The translations under genes and the position numbers were made by a program. A stretch of DNA of 64,000 bases. Origin: the human T2T-CHM13v2.0 reference genome, Homo sapiens. Below the pieces are notes generated by a model. It was not told the DNA's origin. It did no database searches and saw only the letters and a list, made by a program, of their open reading frames with translations. Below are positions 60,001-64,000 of the stretch, piece after piece. How positions within the stretch are numbered: the stretch's first letter is position 1; the number at the start of each line of letters is the position of its first letter. The stretch is from the NCBI RefSeq assembly GCF_009914755.1, contig NC_060940.1; one strand, written 5' to 3'.

Positions 60001-63000
60001 CTGGGTGGCTGGGTGGCTTGGCTTGCCTGGCTATCTGGCTGGCTTGGCTGGCTGGCTGGCTTACGCTGGGTGGTTTGGCTGGCTTGGCTGGCTGGCAGGC
60101 TTGGCTGGCTAGCTGGCTTGGCGGGCTTGGCTGGCTGTGTGGCTTGGCTGGCTTGGCTGGCTGACTGGCTTGGCTGGCTGGCTGCCTGGCTGGCTTGGCT
60201 GTCTTGGCTGACTGGCTGGCTTGACTGCCTGGCTGGCTTTAGCTGGGTGGCTTGGCTGGCTTGGCTGGCTGGGTGGCTTGGCTGGCTTGGATGGCTTGGC
60301 TGGCTTGGACGGCTGTGCTGCCTTGGCTGGCTTGGCTGGCTGGCTGACTGGGTGGCTTGGCTGGCTGGCTGGCTTGGCTGGCTTGGCTGGCTGGATGGCT
60401 AGGCTGGCTTGGCCGGCTGGCTGGCTTCACTGGCTTGGCCGGCTGGGTGGCTTGGCTGGCTTGGCTGGCTTGGCTGGCTTGGCTGGCTGGCTTTGGCTGG
60501 GAGGCTTGGCTGCCTTGGCTGGCTGGGTGGCTTGGCGGGCTTGGCTGGCCTTGCTGGCTGGGTGGCTTGGCTGGCCTGGCTGGCTGGCTGGCATGGCTGG
60601 CTGGCTGGCTTTGGCTGGGTGGCTTGGCTGGCTTGGCTGGCTTGGTTGGCTGGCAGGCTTGGCTGGCTGGCTGGCTTGGCTGGCTTGGTTGGCTGTGTGG
60701 CTTGGGTGGCTTGGCTGGCTGGCTGGCTTGGCTGGCTTGGTTGGCTGTGTGGCTTGGCTGGCTTGGCTGGCTGGCTGGCTTGGCTGGCTGCCTGGCTGGC
60801 TTGGCTGGCTTGGCTGGCTGGCTGGCTGGCTTGCCTGGCTGTGTGGCTTGGCTGTCTTGGCTGGCTTGGCTGGCTGGCTGGCTTGTCTGGCTGGCTGGCT
60901 GGCTTGGGTGGCTTGGCTGGCTGGCTGGCTTGGCTGGCTGGCTAGGCTGGCTTGGATCGCTGGCTGGCTTTGGCTGGGAGGCTTGGCTGCCTTGGCTGGC
61001 TGGGTGGCTTGGCTGGCTTGGCTGGCCTGGGTGGCTGGGTGGCTTGGCTTGCCTGGCTGTCTGGCTGGCTTGGCTGGCTGGCTGGCTTTGGCTGGGTGGC
61101 TTGGCTGGCTTGGCTGGCTGGCTTGGCTGGCTGCCTGGCTGCCTTGGCTGGCTTGGCTGGTTGGCTGGCTTGGCTGGATGGCTGGCTTTGGCTGGGTGGC
61201 TTGGCTGGCTTGGCTGGCTGGGTGGCTTGGCTGGCTTGGATGGCTGGCTTGGCTGCCTGGCTGGCTGGCTTGGCTGGCTGTGTGGCTTGGCTGTCTTGGC
61301 TGGCTTGTCTGGCCGGCTGGCTTGTCTGGCTGGCTGGCTTGGGTTGCTTGGCTGGCTGGCTGGCTTGGCTGGGTGGCTTGGCTGGCTGGGCCGCTTGGCT
61401 GGCTTGGCTGGCTGGCTGGCTTGGCTGGCTTGGCTGGCTGGCTGGCTTTGACTGTGTGGCTTGGCTGGCTTGCCTGGCTGGGTTGGTTGGCTGGCTTGGA
61501 TGGCTTGGCCGGCTGGGTGGCTTGGCTGGCTTGGCTGGATTGATGGCTTGGCTGGCTTGGCTGGCTGGCTGGCTTTGACTGGGTGGCTTGGCTGGCTTGC
61601 CTGGCTGGGTTGGTTGGCCGGCTTGGATGGCTTGGCTGGCTGGGTGGCTTGGCTGGCTTGGCTGGATGGATGGCTTGGCTGGCTTGGCTGGCTGGCTGGC
61701 TGGCTTGGCTGGCTGTCTGGCTGGATTGGCAGGCTTGGCTGGATGGCTGGCTTGGCTGGCTTGGCTGGCTATGTGGCTTGGCTGGCTTGGCTGGCTCTGT
61801 GGCTTGGCTGGCTTGGCTGGCTTGGCTGGCTTGGCTGGCTGGCTGGCTTGGCTGGGTGGCTTGGCTGGCTGGGTCACTTGGCTGGCTTGGCTGGCTGGCT
61901 GGCTTTGGCTGGGTGGCTTGGCTGGCTTGGCTGGCTGGGTGGCTTGGCTGGCTTGGCTGGTTGGCTTGCTGGGTGGCTTGGCTGGCTTGGCTCGCTGGGT
62001 GGCTTGGCTGTCTTGGGTGGCTCTGTGGCTTGGCTGGCTGGGATGCCTGGGTGGCTTGGCTGGCTGGCTTGGCGGCTTGGGTGGCTTGGCTCCCTTGGGT
62101 GGCTTTGCTGGCTGGCTTGGCTGGCTTGGCTGGCTTGCCTGGCTGGCTCGCTTGGCCGGCTTGGCTGCCTGGCTGGCTTGGCTGGCTTGGCTGGCTGGCT
62201 TTGGCTGGGTGGTTTGGCTGGCTTGGCGGGCTGGGTGGCTTGGCTGGCTTGGCCGGCTGGGTGTCTTGGCTGGCTTGGCTAGCTTGTCCGGCTGGGTGGC
62301 TTGGCTGCCTTGGCCGGCTGGATTTCTTGGCTGGCTTGACTGGCTGGCTGGCTTGGCTGGCATGGCTGGCTGGCTGGCTAGGCTGGCTTGGTTGGCTGTG
62401 TGGCTTGGCTGGCTTGGCTGGCTGGCTGGCTTGGCTGGCTGCCTGGCTGGCTTGGCTGGCTTGGCTGGCTGGCTGGCTTGGCTGGCTGCCTGGCTGGCTG
62501 GGTGGCTTGGCTGGCTTGGCTGTCTTGGCTGGCTTGGCTCGCTGGCTGGCTAGGCTGGCTGGCTTTGGCTGGGAGGCTTGGCTGCCTTGGCTGGCTGGGT
62601 GGCTTGGCGGGCTTGGCTGGCCTTGCTGGCTGGGTGGCTTGGCTGGCCTGGCTGGCTGGCTGGCATGGCTGGCTGGCTGGCTTTGGCTGGGTGGCTTGGC
62701 TGGCTTGGCTGGCTTTGTTGGCTGGCAGGCTTGGCTGGCTGGCTGGCTTGGCTGGCTTGGTTGGCTGTGTGGCTTGGCTGGCTTGGTTGGCTGGCTGGCT
62801 TGGCTGGCTTGGTTGGCTGTGTGGCTTGGCTGGCTTGGCTGGCTGGCCGGCTTGGCTGGCTGCCAGGCTGGCTTGGCTGGCTTGGCTTGTTGGCTGGCTT
62901 GTCTGGATGGCTGGCTTTGGCTGGGTGGCTTGGCTGGCTTGGCTGGCTGGGTGGCTTGGCTGGCTTGGCTGGCTGGCTTGTCTGCCTGGCTGGCTGGCTT

Positions 63001-64000
63001 GGCTGGCTGTGTGGCTTGGCTGTCTTGGCTGGCTTGGCTGGCTGGCTGGCTTGGCTGGCTTGGTTGGCTGTGTGGCTTGGCTGGCTTGGCTGGCTGGCTG
63101 GCTTGGCTGGCTTGGCTGGCTGGCTGGCTTGGCTGGCTGCCTGGCTGGCTTGGCTGGCTTGGCTGGTTGGCTGGCTTGGCTGGATGGCTGGCTTTGGCTG
63201 GGTGGCTTGGCTGGCTTGGCTGGCTGGGTGGCTTGGCTGGCTTGGATGGCTGGCTTGGCTGCCTGGCTGGCTGGCTTGGCTGGCTGTGTGGCTTGGCTGT
63301 CTTGGCTGGCTTGGCTGGCTTTCTGGCTTGTCTGGCTGGCTGGCTGGCTTGGGTGGCTTGGCTGGCTGGCTGGCTTGGCTGGGTGGCTTGGCTGGCTGGG
63401 TGGCTTGGCTGGCTGGGCCGCTTGGCTGGCTTGGCTGGCTGGCTGGCTTGGCTGGCTTGGCTGGCTTGCTGGCTTTGACTGGGTGGGTTGGCTGGCTTGC
63501 CTGGCTGGGTTGGTTGGCTGGCTTGGATGGCTTGGCCGGCTGGTTGGCTTGGCTGTCTTTGCTTTCTTGGCTGGATGGATGGCTTGGCTGGCTTGGCTGG
63601 CTGGCTGGCTGGCTTGGCTGGCTTGGCTGGCTGTCTGGCTGGATTGGCCGGCTTGGCTGGATGGCTGGCTTGGCTGGCTATGTGGCTTGGCTGGCTTGGC
63701 TGGCTCTGTGGCTTGGCTGGCTTGGCTGGCTTGGCTGGCTTGGCTGGCTGGCTGGCTTGGCTGGGTGGCTTGTCTGGCTGGGTCACTTGGCTGGCTTGGC
63801 TGGCTGGCTGGCTTTGGCTGGCTGGCTTGGCTGGCTTGGCTGGCTGGGTGGCTTGGCTGGCTTGGCTGGTTGGCTGGCTGGGTGGCTTGGCTGGCTTGGC
63901 TCGCTGGGTGGCTTGGCTGGCTTGGGTGGCTCTGTGGCTTGGCTGGCTGGGCTGCCTGGGTGGCTTGGCTGGCTGGCTTGGCGGCTTGGGTGGCTTGGCT
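36099..64000. repeat. >27.9-kb (GGCT/GGCTT)n [= (AGCC/AAGCC)n] satellite array with higher-order structure; runs off the window
   Basis: A mosaic of GGCT, GGCTT and GGGT units, dominated by the 9-mer GGCTGGCTT, with a nearly A-free top strand. Rare variants recur in fixed order (TTTGACTGGG, GGATTGGCAGG, CTATGTGG, GGGTCACTT, GATTTC, GGATCGCT, CTTCACT). Confidence 0.99.

Noticed and set aside
35917-63786. Dozens of long ORFs (up to 1492 aa) rich in WLAG or QPAS
   Set aside because: They overlap in all six frames and follow directly from the lack of A on the top strand and T on the bottom. They show no domain or codon structure.
36099-64000. CRISPR array, telomeric repeat, Chi sites (GCTGGTGG) or DM2-type CCTG expansion
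   Set aside because: There are no unique spacers and the context is eukaryotic. There is no TTAGGG. The common word is GCTGGGTGG, not Chi. The unit is CTGG/CCAG, not CCTG.

Overview
Primate (most likely human or hominoid) non-coding DNA that reads like a pericentromeric or acrocentric segmental-duplication mosaic. I find no intact protein-coding gene. From left to right: (1) 1-7.8 kb holds old LTR, DNA-transposon and L1 debris around a CpG-island promoter (ZNF143 motif, duplicated RFX/NRF1-like module). (2) About 8.1-16 kb holds a decayed, intron-containing RalGDS/RGL4-family pseudogene on the minus strand, preceded by three paralogous ~135-bp exon-like units from an old tandem duplication. 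(3) 16.4-28.9 kb is nested L1, Alu, MaLR and ERV1 elements, including a near-full-length old L1PA. (4) 29.1-32.8 kb is an AT-rich stretch, a GC-rich 22-mer minisatellite and a duplicated, dead copy of KSR1 exon 1 with probable intron 1. (5) 32.8-36.1 kb is a (GAAAT/GAAATGAT)n array with a ~1.45-kb internal duplication. (6) 36.1 kb to the window end is a >27.9-kb (GGCT/GGCTT)n array with almost no A on the top strand and a layered, multi-kb higher-order structure. All long ORFs beyond 32.8 kb are compositional artefacts of these arrays. Repeat-family names and protein matches come from my memory of consensus sequences, not from a database search.
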